Below are positions 37,561 to 48,900 of a stretch of 64,000 nt of DNA, piece by piece. The translations under genes were made by a program, and so were the position numbers. The DNA is taken from contig CAYZYT010000001.1 in assembly GCA_964482725.1 (NCBI GenBank), forward strand, positions 270,912 to 334,911, read 5' to 3'. Every line of letters begins with the position of its first letter. Positions within the stretch are counted from its first letter, which is position 1. Below the pieces are notes generated by a model. That model did not search any database. It was not told the DNA's origin and was given only the letters and a program-made list of their open reading frames with translations. This stretch comes from an uncultured bacterium. GTDB lineage: Bacteria > Omnitrophota > Omnitrophia > Omnitrophales > Aquincolibacteriaceae.

Positions 37561-38171
37561 ATGCCGAGTTTGCGAAGATTTTTGAGGAGGGCCGGACGGC
37601 CCTTGAAATGGATGGCGTGCATGCCGACTTTCCGGGCGCCGGCGATGAAGCTTTTCATATCGTCGATAAAAACAGTCTCTTCGGGACGAAAGCCGATCTT
37701 TTTGAGAACGCGCCGGTAGATCTTCAGGTCCGGCTTGCGCGCGCCCACCTCGTGCGACGGAAATCTTCGTTTAAAATGACGCAGGAGTTTGAAATGTTTC
37801 TTGAGATAGGTGAAATGCATGGCGTTCGTGTTTGAGATCAGATAAAGCGGGTAATGCTTTTTGATCTGAGTAAGAAGCCGGTCCATCCCCGGGTTTTCCC
37901 AAAAAATATCGTTCCAATAATGGCGGAACGTCGCAAGCGGCATAGGAACGCCGAGCGTCTTGCAGGCGATCCGATGGAACTCGCGAGTCGAGATCTCCCC
38001 CCGCGTATAAGCCTGCTCGAACTTGGAGAGAAAGAAACGCTTCCAGATCTCCCGCGTGGAAAGGCCGGACACGGCCGAAAAACGCTGGGCGGCTTTCTCG
38101 ACATCATAATTCACAAGCACATTACCGAGGTCGAAAATGACGGCTTTGATCGCAGGAGATTTATATTTCAT
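37551..38171 (-). CDS. HAD-superfamily hydrolase
   Basis: Motif I VIFDLGNVL, motif III/IV region (KPD...FIDD). Start at MKYKSPAIKAVIFD preferred over ORF start 38189. Confidence 0.65.
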   Translation of the reverse strand: MKYKSPAIKAVIFDLGNVLVNYDVEKAAQRFSAVSGLSTREIWKRFFLSKFEQAYTRGEISTREFHRIACKTLGVPMPLATFRHYWNDIFWENPGMDRLLTQIKKHYPLYLISNTNAMHFTYLKKHFKLLRHFKRRFPSHEVGARKPDLKIYRRVLKKIGFRPEETVFIDDMKSFIAGARKVGMHAIHFKGRPALLKNLRKLGIRF

Positions 38172-38276
38172 AGGGCAGTATTCTAACAAAGAAAATCGGC
38201 AATTCTACTTCTTTGCGCAACGGGCAACGCTCAACGCACAACGAAAGAGCTTTTACGTTGACCGTTATGCGTTGCG

Positions 38277-39431
38277 CTAGTGAGAGACCCACTTACAAAA
38301 CATACTCGTTACCAAACCAAGATAGGTGCCGACCACATTGCCGAGGATCCCGAGGAGCAAACCCACGGGCGCGAGGGCGGGTTCATAGGCTGCGGCCACG
38401 ATCGGCGCCGAGGCCGGACCGCCGATATTCGCCTGGCTCGCGGTCGCAACAAGGCAAAGCGGGATGCGCGCGACGCGGGACACGATCAAAAGAAATGCCG
38501 CGTGGATCAGCACCAGGACCACCCCGGCCACGATCAAAATCGGAGCCGAAAAGATCCCCGAAAGGCTGGCTCTTGCACCGATCGATGTAAGCACAAGGAA
38601 TAGGAAAAAATATCCGATCCGTGAAGCGCCATGAAACTCGAGTTTCCGGAGCGAGGTAAAGGAAAGAAGGATGCCGAAGGTTGAAGCAAAAATAATCGTC
38701 CAGGCAAAGGCCCCGTTTCCCACGATACCTGCCAGCCCATTCGAGAGCCAGGCGCCGCCAAACGCCACCGCAAGCATGAGCGGAAAATACAGGGAGCTGA
38801 AGTTATGGGCGCTCGCGTCAGCCCCCGCCGTCTTCCGGGCCAGATCCTCAACAACGCGAAGGTCAGAGCCATTCCACCTGTCATATTTTTTTTGAAAACC
38901 CTCAAGCAGGATCAAAAGCCCCATCCAGGAATACGCCACGACCGTATCCACCACGATCATCGGAAAAAAGATCGCATCCGGAGTCCGGATCGCCTCCTTC
39001 ACCGCGATCATGTTGGCACTCCCCCCGATCCAGGAGGCCGAAAGCGCCCCGAACCCCGACCAAGCATCGGCGGGCAGCCACGGTTTAAAAAGCATCACCA
39101 CAAGCGGTGCCCCCAGCATGATCCCGGCGCTCCCGGTGAACATCATGAGAAGCGCGGGCCGGCCGAGTTTCAGAATAGCCTTGATGTCCGTCGCGATCAA
39201 AAGCAGGATCAACCCTGCAGGAAGGACCGTACTCGTGATCTTCGGGTAGATCGCATGCTGTTGCGGAAGGATCCCCATCCCCGAAACGATCATGGGGAGA
39301 AAATAGATCCAGAAAAGTGGCGGCGGAAATCGAAAAAACCTTTTACACCCCGGACGTTCGGAAAGGAAAAGGATGACCCCTTCGATCAAAAGAAGCGCGC
39401 AAAGAATCCCGATCGAGCTTTGAATGATCAT
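38277..39431 (-). CDS. polytopic integral membrane protein (DUF819-like; assignment from memory)
   Basis: 384 aa, ~10 predicted TM helices, Gly/Ala-rich. Confidence 0.5.
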   Translation of the reverse strand: MIIQSSIGILCALLLIEGVILFLSERPGCKRFFRFPPPLFWIYFLPMIVSGMGILPQQHAIYPKITSTVLPAGLILLLIATDIKAILKLGRPALLMMFTGSAGIMLGAPLVVMLFKPWLPADAWSGFGALSASWIGGSANMIAVKEAIRTPDAIFFPMIVVDTVVAYSWMGLLILLEGFQKKYDRWNGSDLRVVEDLARKTAGADASAHNFSSLYFPLMLAVAFGGAWLSNGLAGIVGNGAFAWTIIFASTFGILLSFTSLRKLEFHGASRIGYFFLFLVLTSIGARASLSGIFSAPILIVAGVVLVLIHAAFLLIVSRVARIPLCLVATASQANIGGPASAPIVAAAYEPALAPVGLLLGILGNVVGTYLGLVTSMFCKWVSH

Positions 39432-39434
39432 GCG

Positions 39435-39812
39435 CTAAAGGAACAAGGCTCTTATCTTCGGACGGGTGGAATAGATCAGCCACACCACGGGAAAGATCAC
39501 GAAGACCGAAACGCGGGGATGAAGCACGTTAAGAATCCGTTCCGCCAAAGTCGGTTCCGAAAAAATCCAGAACGTCCACACGAAATGGATCAGGTAAGAA
39601 CCCCACCCCAAAGCCGCCACGGCAAGCCCCCAGCTGAGCCAAAGGGCCCAGCGCTTGGACCTCCAAAGCCCCGCAAAACAGGCGATGATCGCCATAAAGA
39701 TCACAGCATTGAGAACCCCCTGTGCGACATCGCGCCAGTCGGTCATATCCACAAGTGCGTAGCCGAGGTACCCCGCGAACGCCATCCCCAAAATGAGCAT
39801 TATTTTTTTCAT
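39435..39812 (-). CDS. small integral membrane protein (4 TM helices), hypothetical
   Basis: Start at MKKIMLILGMAFAGYLGY preceded by AAGGAGG; ORF-track start 39908 gives an implausible leader. Confidence 0.45.
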   Translation of the reverse strand: MKKIMLILGMAFAGYLGYALVDMTDWRDVAQGVLNAVIFMAIIACFAGLWRSKRWALWLSWGLAVAALGWGSYLIHFVWTFWIFSEPTLAERILNVLHPRVSVFVIFPVVWLIYSTRPKIRALFL

Positions 39813-39840
39813 GCTATGCCTCCTTGAACTTGTTGAAATA

Positions 39841-40914
39841 TTAGGCCGGCACGATACCGATACCGGCTTTGACCTTTCGAAGATCATAAACACCTGAACG
39901 GGTGACAAAATGACCTCGCGTCACATGCTCCGCCATAAAAAAGGGTGCGTCCAGGTCAATAAAATCAAAACCTCCCAGGCCCGCCGCAAGATGCGCCGCC
40001 GCAGTGACCGCCAAGGGCGTTTCCATCATCGTTCCGATCATGAGCTTAAGGCCGGACTTCCTCGCCAACCGCGAGATCTCATACGCCTCCAGGATCCCGG
40101 TCTTCATGAATTTCACATTGATCGCGCCGGCCGCTTTCGTCTTGATGAGCCGCTTGGCATCATGCAGCGAGGAGACGCTCTCGTCCGCACAAACAAGCAC
40201 CTTACTTTCGCGCGTCACTTTCGCAAGCCCTTCCCAATCCTCCTTCGCCACCGGCTGTTCGACGAGCGCGGGAACGATCTTAAGCCATGCCAATTCTTTC
40301 AGGAATTTAAGCGTCTGCGCGGCCGTAAATCCCTGGTTCGCGTCAAGATAGAGCGGACATTTTCCGGCGATCCGGGCCACCGTCGCAACACGTTTGAGGT
40401 CCCGGTCGAAATCCCGGCCGATCTTCACTTTAAAGGAACGGATACCACGCCTCAGGATCTCACGCGTGGCGATCTCGGCCTCGCGAACATCCCCCAGAAC
40501 GACGGTCATATCAGTCGTGAGGCTTCGCGGCCTCGTTCCGAAAGCCCTCCAAAGCGGTATCTTCTTTTCACGCGTCACCGCGTCCAGAAGCGCCATTTCA
40601 AGCGCCGCTAGGGCACATTTATTCTGCGCGAATTTACTTTTAAATTCCTCCGCGATCTCCGGGAATTCCATAAGGCCACGGCCGGTGACCGTCCGCGCCG
40701 CTTCTTTTAGATTTTGAAGCGTTTCCGGAACGGTCTCGCCAGTGATATGCGTTGCAACGGCCGCCTCGCCGAATCCTCGGACACCGCTGGAAAGCTCCAG
40801 AGAGAAAAGCACATTCTCAAGCAGGTCATGCTGCCCTTTGGCCGTGCTGAAAGGGCGCACAAGTTTCGCGCGCCAGATCTTTGCGTTTGATTTTTTAATA
40901 AAAATATTTTTCAT
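39841..40914 (-). CDS. enolase-superfamily enzyme (dipeptide epimerase / muconate-lactonizing / mandelate racemase family)
   Basis: Catalytic-residue context KVKIG, LYLDANQGF, CADES, DLD; 357 aa. Confidence 0.75.
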   Translation of the reverse strand: MKNIFIKKSNAKIWRAKLVRPFSTAKGQHDLLENVLFSLELSSGVRGFGEAAVATHITGETVPETLQNLKEAARTVTGRGLMEFPEIAEEFKSKFAQNKCALAALEMALLDAVTREKKIPLWRAFGTRPRSLTTDMTVVLGDVREAEIATREILRRGIRSFKVKIGRDFDRDLKRVATVARIAGKCPLYLDANQGFTAAQTLKFLKELAWLKIVPALVEQPVAKEDWEGLAKVTRESKVLVCADESVSSLHDAKRLIKTKAAGAINVKFMKTGILEAYEISRLARKSGLKLMIGTMMETPLAVTAAAHLAAGLGGFDFIDLDAPFFMAEHVTRGHFVTRSGVYDLRKVKAGIGIVPA

Positions 40915-41067
40915 GGAAGCTTGGATGGGATTCCCGTTTTAACGCCTGGTTTTAGGGTGGTTTTCGATGCCCGCAGGAGCTATACTACCCGAAACAAATC
41001 AGGAATTCGATAAGAACAAAAGAGTTCTTTCAACGTCGACGCTTTCGACTCTCTTAGGGGGTAAATT

Positions 41068-41409
41068 ATGAAAAAAATGCTTTTGATTCTCTGCGGTCTT
41101 CTCTTGGCCGGCACTCAGGCCTTCGCTCATTCGCCTACGGATATCAAGATCCAATTCGATAATAAGACGAAAGTCCTGACCGCGATCATCGAGCATCGCG
41201 TCACCGACCCCAAAAGCCATTTCATCAAAAGGATCGCTGTCGGATTGAACGGCAAAGAGATCATGGCATTTCCCTTCAGGGGGCAGGAGACAAACACCCA
41301 CCAGACCATCAAGTTCGCGATCCCTCAAGCTAAAAAGGGCGACACCTTGAGCGTGGAAGGAGACTGTGGCCTGAACGGAAAACTAGAGAAGAAGATCAAA
41401 ATCGCTTAG
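41068..41409 (+). CDS. small secreted protein (hypothetical)
   Basis: Signal peptide MKKMLLILCGLLLAGTQAFA; 113 aa. Confidence 0.45.
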   Translation: MKKMLLILCGLLLAGTQAFAHSPTDIKIQFDNKTKVLTAIIEHRVTDPKSHFIKRIAVGLNGKEIMAFPFRGQETNTHQTIKFAIPQAKKGDTLSVEGDCGLNGKLEKKIKIA

Positions 41410-41411
41410 CC

Positions 41412-42689
41412 ATGAAAAAGTTTTTCCTTAAGGGGAATGCGGTTATCGGACAGTCCGGCGGGTGCACCGCCGTGATCAATCAAAGCCTCGCGGGCGTGGT
41501 CGCGGCCGCACGCGCTTCCAAACACATCACCGGCATCCTGGGTTCGCGTCACGGAATCGAAGGAATCCTGAACCGTTCTTTTATCGATCTCCGGACGAAG
41601 TCCCCTCAACTCATGCGGGGCATCGCGGAATCCCCTTCGGCGGCGCTCGGCTCCTCCCGCTACAAACTCAAACCCGGAGATGACCACAAGATCGTCGCGA
41701 GCCTCCGGGAGCACAATATCCGCTACGTGTTCCTGATCGGAGGAAATGATACCGCCAACACGAGCCTCCAGATCGCGCGCGCCGCGGAAAAAGATCACTA
41801 CGAGCTCCGGGTCATCCATATCCCAAAGACCATCGATAACGACCTGGTCGAGACCGACCATTGCCCCGGCTATGGCTCTGTCGCGCGCTTCGCGGCCATC
41901 ACCACGCAGGAAGCAGCCCTCGACACCAAGGCCATGAAGAATGTCGACCCCGTGAAGATCATCGAACTCATGGGAAGGAATTCCGGCTGGATCGTCGCGG
42001 CCTCGGCCCTTCTCAAAAAATCGCCCGAGGACGCGCCCCACATCCTTCTCATCCCGGAAGTCCCGTTCGATGAAACCGCTTTCATCAAAAAAACCGAAGC
42101 CGTCCTCCAATCAGTCGGCTACTGCATCATCGTGATCTCGGAAACGATCCGCGATTACGGAGGGAACCGCATCGGCCGAAAAACCGAAGGCGTCACCGCG
42201 GACCCGTTCGGACATCATTATGTGGAAGGTGCCTCCGCGCGCCTCGCAAGCATTCTTGAAAAACGATTGAAGGTGCGAGCGCGTTTTGATAAACCCGGCA
42301 CGATCCAGCGCATGTCGATGGGCTATATCTCCGAGGTGGATCAAAAAGAAGCTTATCAGGCAGGTGTCCATGCTGTGCAATGGGCGCTCCAAGGCATGAC
42401 ACGGGTCATGGTGGGATTTGATAGAAAGCCGGGCGTGCCCAATTCTCCATCAAAAAATTCAACGGTCAATTGGGCTCGTCCTGGCAACCTTAAGTCAAAA
42501 GAAAAAAAATGCCAGGGCGAGAAATACGTTATCAGTTACAAGCCCGTGCCCCTCGAAAAGATCCCGAACAATGAGCGCGACCTCCCGGCAGGATTTTTCG
42601 ACAAGAAAAAAGGGATGATCACGCCGGCCTTCGTGAATTACGCCCTGCCCCTTCTCGGGAAAAACCTCCCAGAATTCCCCTCGTTGTAA
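41412..42689 (+). CDS. pfp: 6-phosphofructokinase, PPi-type-like (GGDGS replaced by GGNDT)
   Basis: N-terminal GQSGGCTAVINQSLAG, IGGNDT, MGRNSGW motifs; 425 aa. Confidence 0.75.
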   Translation: MKKFFLKGNAVIGQSGGCTAVINQSLAGVVAAARASKHITGILGSRHGIEGILNRSFIDLRTKSPQLMRGIAESPSAALGSSRYKLKPGDDHKIVASLREHNIRYVFLIGGNDTANTSLQIARAAEKDHYELRVIHIPKTIDNDLVETDHCPGYGSVARFAAITTQEAALDTKAMKNVDPVKIIELMGRNSGWIVAASALLKKSPEDAPHILLIPEVPFDETAFIKKTEAVLQSVGYCIIVISETIRDYGGNRIGRKTEGVTADPFGHHYVEGASARLASILEKRLKVRARFDKPGTIQRMSMGYISEVDQKEAYQAGVHAVQWALQGMTRVMVGFDRKPGVPNSPSKNSTVNWARPGNLKSKEKKCQGEKYVISYKPVPLEKIPNNERDLPAGFFDKKKGMITPAFVNYALPLLGKNLPEFPSL

Positions 42690-42716
42690 AAAAAATTACC
42701 GGACACCGTCCGGTAA
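42690..42716 (-). terminator. intrinsic terminator (9-bp GC stem ttaccggac/gtccggtaa followed by T-run on minus strand); also 3' of pfk on plus strand
   Basis: Perfect hairpin ttaccggacaccgtccggtaa at 42696-42716 with aaaaaa (T6 on minus strand) at 42690-42695. Confidence 0.55.
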
Positions 42717-42732
42717 GCAGGGACAATCTTCG

Positions 42733-42947
42733 ATTCCCTCCAAGATCAACAGGGACAGGTCTGCTTTGCACTCCTAGACCAGTCCCTAAAAAAAAGTGAC
42801 AGTCACCAGTAAAAGTGACTGCCACCAACAATGTTAGGCCTGTTCGAAGTCAACAGGGACAGGTCTGCATTGCACTCCTAGACCAGTCCCTTATTCCCTC
42901 CAAGACCAACAGGGACAGGTCTGTTATTCCTTCCAAGACCTGTCCCT
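42733..42947. repeat. hairpin-repeat family 1, locus A: 3 units of ~56 bp (spacer attccctccaagaYcaac + hairpin agggacaggtctg-N13-agaccWgtccct)
   Basis: Hairpins at 42751-42787, 42855-42891, 42911-42947. Lies between autotransporter stop (42962) and the terminator, i.e. in its 3' UTR. A 66-bp insert with small palindromes gtgacagtcac / gtgactgccac between units 1 and 2. Confidence 0.7.
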
Positions 42948-42961
42948 GAAAAAACGAGGTG

Positions 42962-45900
42962 CTAGAAATCGTACCGAACGGTGCCGTAATAGGTATTGCT
43001 CATGTACTGGTCCTTGAGCTCGATATCCCAATTCCCGGTCATCGTCATGTTCCCTTTATTCAGAAACGCGAGTTCCGCGCCGAAGAGCATCCCGCTCTTC
43101 GCCGGCTTGGCGCCCTGGGTGTTGAAGGAACTCCCGCCGCCCGCAAAACTGGCCGTCGTTTCGAACCGGTCTCCAATATAATCATAGAGCCAGGCCGCCT
43201 TCGCAGAAGGAATGAACGTCCCGACCTTCTTCGCGACCAAGGGATACGCCAGCTTCGTCCCAAGCCCCTGCTCCAGCTGATGGAACCCTTCCCCATTCAC
43301 GGTCAGATTCAGCGAATCCGCGCCCTTTTCCTTATACTTGTTCATGTAAAGATAGTTGTAGCCCAACGACACGAACGGCGTCACCTCCAGTGCCTTCGTC
43401 TTCTCGAAAACGAACTTATAGCCCGTCTCGAAATTCGTCGAATACTGCTGGCCCGCATGGTCCGCTTTCGCGACGCGCCCCGAAGTCGGCGTCACCCAGA
43501 TCTCGCGCCGGCTTTCGTAATCATTTTGCGTGAAAGCCGCCATCCCGTCCACATACCACGAATTCTCGACTTGGCTGCGCACCGCTTCATACGACCTTTT
43601 CCCGCTCTGGCGTGCCTTGTTGAGATCCAGCGAATCGAAACTCCCGTAGATCGTCGCCTGATAACTATTGATATCATCCGAGGGACTCCCCGCGGTCTTC
43701 GATTTCACACGCGCCCAGCCAAAACTCCCCGCGAAACCCGCACGGAAATGATCATCCAGCACTTTATCCGCGCCGACGGTCGTCCCGAACAGATTCCCCA
43801 TGTAGCCTTCGATCCCTTTGCGCGCGTCCTGCTTGATGTGACTCCCAAGCGCCTGCATCCAGACACCGACCCCGTCGAGCCTTTCTCCGCTTGAAACGCC
43901 GGAACCCGAACCCCCGCCGTTACGCGCGCCGCCCAACCGGTTGCCGATCGTCGTGAATCCCTGACTCGTCAGTGAACGGCTCCCCTCCGCCGCCCCCGAA
44001 CTCACGTCAGGATGCATCGTGTCCAACGCCTCGTTATATTCAGAATCCGAGAGTCCGCCCAGCATGTCCAGAACATTGTTCATATCGAACCCCGGATTGG
44101 TAATCCCGGCAAGAACCCCGGCCACTGCCGCGGCGTTGCCTGACGCTCCCGGAGCAGGCGCGAAATCGTTGGACGAAGTCAACACCAGATCCCCGCTATC
44201 CTCGCTTGCCGCAAACTTATAACGACGCGTACTGCTCGTGGTCGTCGGAACAATGTTGCCGACGCCGAAACTGCTCGCATCGATGACCGTGAATTCCGTA
44301 CCTGGCATGATCGAAAGCCCGGAATTAACCGTCACATGGACTTTGCTCCCGGCTTCCAACGTCGTCTTATCTCCCTCAATAACGAGACCGTTCTGATCGG
44401 CACTGGCACCATAAATGGTCAGCCCCAGGGTCCCACCTTTTAGATTAAATTCTTCTCCGACATTCAAGGTGTTCTCACCGACCGTCACATTGTAGGTATG
44501 AAGATCCCCAGTGATCGTCGCATCAGAATTCCCCGTAAGATTCACTGCTTTCGGAGCACCGCTACTGCCTCCAACGTCCCCGGTAAGGATAGTGGCGCCT
44601 TCAAAAATCAGCGTCCCGGTGCCGTCAGTGAGCATTGAAACGTTAGCAGTAATGTTATATCCGCCAGCCATTTTCACAAAACCGTCGCCATTAAAGTAAA
44701 GCGCGTCAGTTGCCGTCAGATCTCCGTTCATTTGCAACGTCCCGGTCCCCACCACAGCATCATAGGCATAAATATCGCCGTTGACCGCGGCATCCTCTCC
44801 GTTGAAATAAACCAACTTAAGAACCTCGCTGTCTGTACCTATATCTCCATTAACGGTAGCATTGGCGTTAAAGGTCACGCTCCCATAGATGTTCCAATCG
44901 GTTTTGATGCCGTTACTCTCCTCTGAGGGAGCCTCGGCCTTCCCAATCGTCGCGTTATCGTTGAACGTGACCTCTGGATTTGTACGCTCCTCCGCACCGT
45001 GCGGGCTGGATTTCAACCTCAGATAATCGAGATAAACATCCGCGTTGAAAGTCGTGTCCTTGTGGACGCTTACGGTGGAAAGATACGCATCGCTCGAGCC
45101 TACTTGTCCCTCCACGGTCGCGCTTTCCTTAAAAACGACTTTCCCGAGGTCTGCCCCTTCGCTCGTGATCGTAATACCACCGTCCCCGATAGAAGCGTCG
45201 CCATAAAATACGACGGAGGTGCTGGCGCCACTCCCGGTAAAATTCAAACTGTCAACATAGACGTCATAAACAGGGGCATCTACGGTATCGATATCGTTTC
45301 CAAGGTGAACTGTATGCCCCCCCTCAGTAACATTGATCGCCTTAAGATATTTCCCGGAGATGTCCCCATCCGCAGCTTCGCCGATCTGTTTTGTCACAAC
45401 GCCATCGCCGCTGAAAGTAAGCGTTCCCTGACCGTCATGCTGGGTCTTGATTGGATGATAGATCCATTCATTGTCTCCCAAGATCACTTCCCCGTCGTCC
45501 GTGAAGATCAAGGTTGAGTTCGGTGTGCCAGGCTCATAAAACGACCCGTTTAATTCCAAAGTCCCGGCGCCAACGTACATATCGGTCGCATAAACATCGC
45601 CGGTGATCGCGACTGTCGTGAGCGAACCCCCTTGCAGATCGATAAGCTTCAACGCATCCGTGCCATTACCGATCTGCCCATCGACCGTGCCATACCCTTC
45701 GAAAGTCAGGGTGCCTTCATTATCGTTTTGGGAAGTGATATTAGAAGTGATGGTATGACCATCTTCCAAAATCACTTCGCCGTCATCGGTAAAAGTAAGC
45801 GTTTCTTCGGATGTTGTGGTCAGATCGCCGTTCATCTGCAAGATTCCGGCTCCAACGTAAACGTCATTCGCCCAAAGGTTACCATTGATCGTGACCGTCG

Positions 45901-48900
45901 TCCCCTTGGCGCCATCGATGTTCACTTCACTTAAAGCCGCATCACTCGTACCAATAGCATCCTGGTAAGCGTCTTCAATAAGCTCTCCTGTAACCGTGGC
46001 GTTGCCGTTAAAATTCACGATCCCATAGCCGTCGTACTCGGTCGTGATGCCGCTTTCCCCGATATAGGCGTCCGCATTAAATGTGGCTTCTGCGTCTTCC
46101 CTCGTGCTGCTGAATTTCAACTCATCCACATAAACATCACTATTAAAAGTCGTTTGGCGATCCGCGCGTATCCTGCCAAGATATGCATCAGCTGCGCCGA
46201 CCTGGCCGTCAATGGTCGCATCGCGCTTAAAAGCGACGATCCCATGCCCGGCCCAATCAGTCGTAATACCACCTTCCCCGATATAAACCACCGCTGCGTC
46301 CTTGAACGTAACCGTTGAATCGTCCCCGGGGCCTCCCATTCCTTCAAATGCCAACTCCTCAATATAAACAGGGCTATATAACTTGACGTCATAATTACTG
46401 TCAGCAGCCTGTGTAACAATAATCTTGGAAAGGGACGCTCCCTCCTCGCCAACCTGCCCGGTAACTTCACCATCCCCTTCAAAAGTCAGCGTACCCTGGC
46501 CGGAAGCAGTGACGTTTCCGTCAATATCAACGCCATTGGCCAATTTCAATACGGCATCACCCGAAAAGTTGTACAGGGGTGAATCCTGGGTCGCGGTCAG
46601 ATAAAGCGTCCCGGCATTGATCGTGGTCCTCCCGCTGTAAGTATTCTCATTGGTGAAGACCACTTCGCCCGTACCGGACTTGGTGAGCGAACAAGAAAGT
46701 GAGTCCGTGTCGTAATCTTCAATGAGGGAATTGACAGTGAACGTGCTGCCTGAAAAATTGGTCAGGATCAACTCCCCGCCGTCGGTAGCCGCGGTCAAAG
46801 TCCCGACCCCGCCCTCGGATCCCGTGTCACCCAACGTCAGGGCGGTCGAGAGAGAACCTGCGAGAATGCCGCTTGTTTGCAACGTGTAGCCATCAAAGTC
46901 GACTGTCACCGGTGCATCTTCGGCGCTCTGGTTGAGCGTGTTGATGGGGGTCAGATCATCAAGAATGTACGCTCCGCCCTCGGTGATTTGGACATTACTG
47001 GTCGCATCACTAGGGCCGATGGGGGTGTAGCCCGTGTACGCCACGATATTGCCGTCTTCATCGACAGTCGCCCAATCTGTGCCATCTACGGTGGCCCAAG
47101 CGCCGAGGATGCCGTTGACATTTTCCCGGGTGGTCATGATCGAGTTGTACTCATCATCTTGTGTCCCGACAAAATTGATCGTCGCGCCTGTGTTGCGTTC
47201 GATATTTCCAAGATCTAAGCCGAGAGAATTTTCATCGTTCGAAAGCTCTATCGTCGAAGCGCCACTATTGAGTCTCAATCCGTCGAAATCCTGATAATTA
47301 TTGTCAGAAGATGATCCCGTGAGAAGCAGCTTTCCACCCCAGAGCCCTAAGGATGACTCCGCAGAAATGATGTCAACATTCGTAGCCGCCGTCGCGAAAT
47401 CCAGATTCAGCGTGCCCGCGACGAGTCGTGTGTCACCGGTATATTCGTTGCTACCGCTTAAAGTGAGCTCTCCCTCGCCATATTTCCCAAGATTATAAAC
47501 CCCGATGATGCCACCGCTGATCGTTAGAGTACTGCCGCTATCCACCTCAATCCCAGCATTGCCGGCAAGCATGATATCTCCAGCCCAGCTGTTGTCCCCG
47601 CTTGCACTATAAAGAGCTCCCTTGGAAAGATCCGAGGGACCGTCCAGCGTCAATGCCACATCGCCAATAACGATATCGTCTCCACCGTTGCTGTCGAGCT
47701 TGAGAATGCCGCCGTCAGCAACCTCAACGCTGTCGGTCTCTCCTAAAGCGTTGCTGTTAGTGATCGTGAGGGTGCCTTCATTTATATAGGTCGCGCCGGT
47801 GTAGCTGTTCTCGCCGTTCAAGATCACTTCCCCGACGCCGGACTTGACCAGGGATGAAGACGCGACCGGATCCGTCCATTCATCGATAGAAGCATTGATC
47901 GTGAGATTCCCGAGAGTGCTGTTATTGATAAGGACTATTTCGCCATTCTCCGTTGCGGCATACAGGGAACTGTCATCTGGTTCCACGCCTAGCGTCAGCG
48001 AACCCATGCCCTCACCAATCATGATGCCATTGACATCAAGAGCCTTTTCGTCTCCTGACGCTATGTCAACAGTCGCTGCGGCTGCTGTATTTTGCAAGAG
48101 AGTATTGATCGTGAACCAATCACTCGGATCCGTAGTCGCTCCCAAAGTGATTGGCGCGCCCGCCTCCCCCGCAGCAGTATTGATTCGAACATTCGTGTTC
48201 GCTCCGTCGGTGATCACACTGCCATAGGCATCGATGTCCGTATAGTCGGTGTAGGCCGTGATATTCGTTTCATCACCATTGGATGAACCAACTGCCCAGT
48301 CGGTCCCGCCGACAGTGGCCCACGCGCCCAGAATGCCGCTTGCAAGGTTTTCCGTGGTGGTGGTCGCGATATTTTCCGCTCCAAAGTTAATCACACCACC
48401 GGTCCGGATAATTCCGTTCATTCGGAGGGTCGTTCCTTCGCCACCATCGTCAATGGTCTGAATGATATTGTTGGCGCCGCCGGTGATCCTGACCGATGCA
48501 ACAGCTTCCACGTATTCGCCGTTGTGGAGCTCAAGCGTACCCCCGCTCATCCACAGATCGCTCCCGGACAATTTCGAAGTCTCGTAGTCGCTATAATCCA
48601 GCTTAAGCGTGCCAGCTTCCAACCAGGAGTTGGCTCCGAAGCTGATATTTTCGCCGCTTAATGTAAACGTTCCCACATCAGCTTGATCAATTTCGCCCTC
48701 GATATCGATGTTTCCAGAAATAAGGGTTTCGCCGGAACCCCAAACGCCCAAAGAATTATTTCCCGAGATATCACCCGTGAGTCTAAGAGTGCTTCCGTAG
48801 TCGGCGCCCACCCACGATGCGACATCCACACCGTCCAACGATATATTGCCAGTCCAGCTGTTGTCCCCACTTGCGCTCCAAAGGGCTGCCCCGTCTACGG

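Noticed and set aside
42696-42716. Family-1 hairpins themselves as transcription terminators of the autotransporter
   Set aside because: None of the units is followed by a U-tract. The only canonical terminator (GC stem + T6 on minus strand) is the separate hairpin at 42690-42716 downstream of the repeats.
42733-42947. Possible CRISPR array (regularly spaced palindromic repeats with short intervening sequences), also at 51537-51685
   Set aside because: The spacers are themselves near-identical to each other (attccctccaagaYcaac), units are 56 bp with an internal 13-bp hairpin, there are only 1-3 units per locus, and no cas genes are present. This is a tandem hairpin repeat family rather than a CRISPR.
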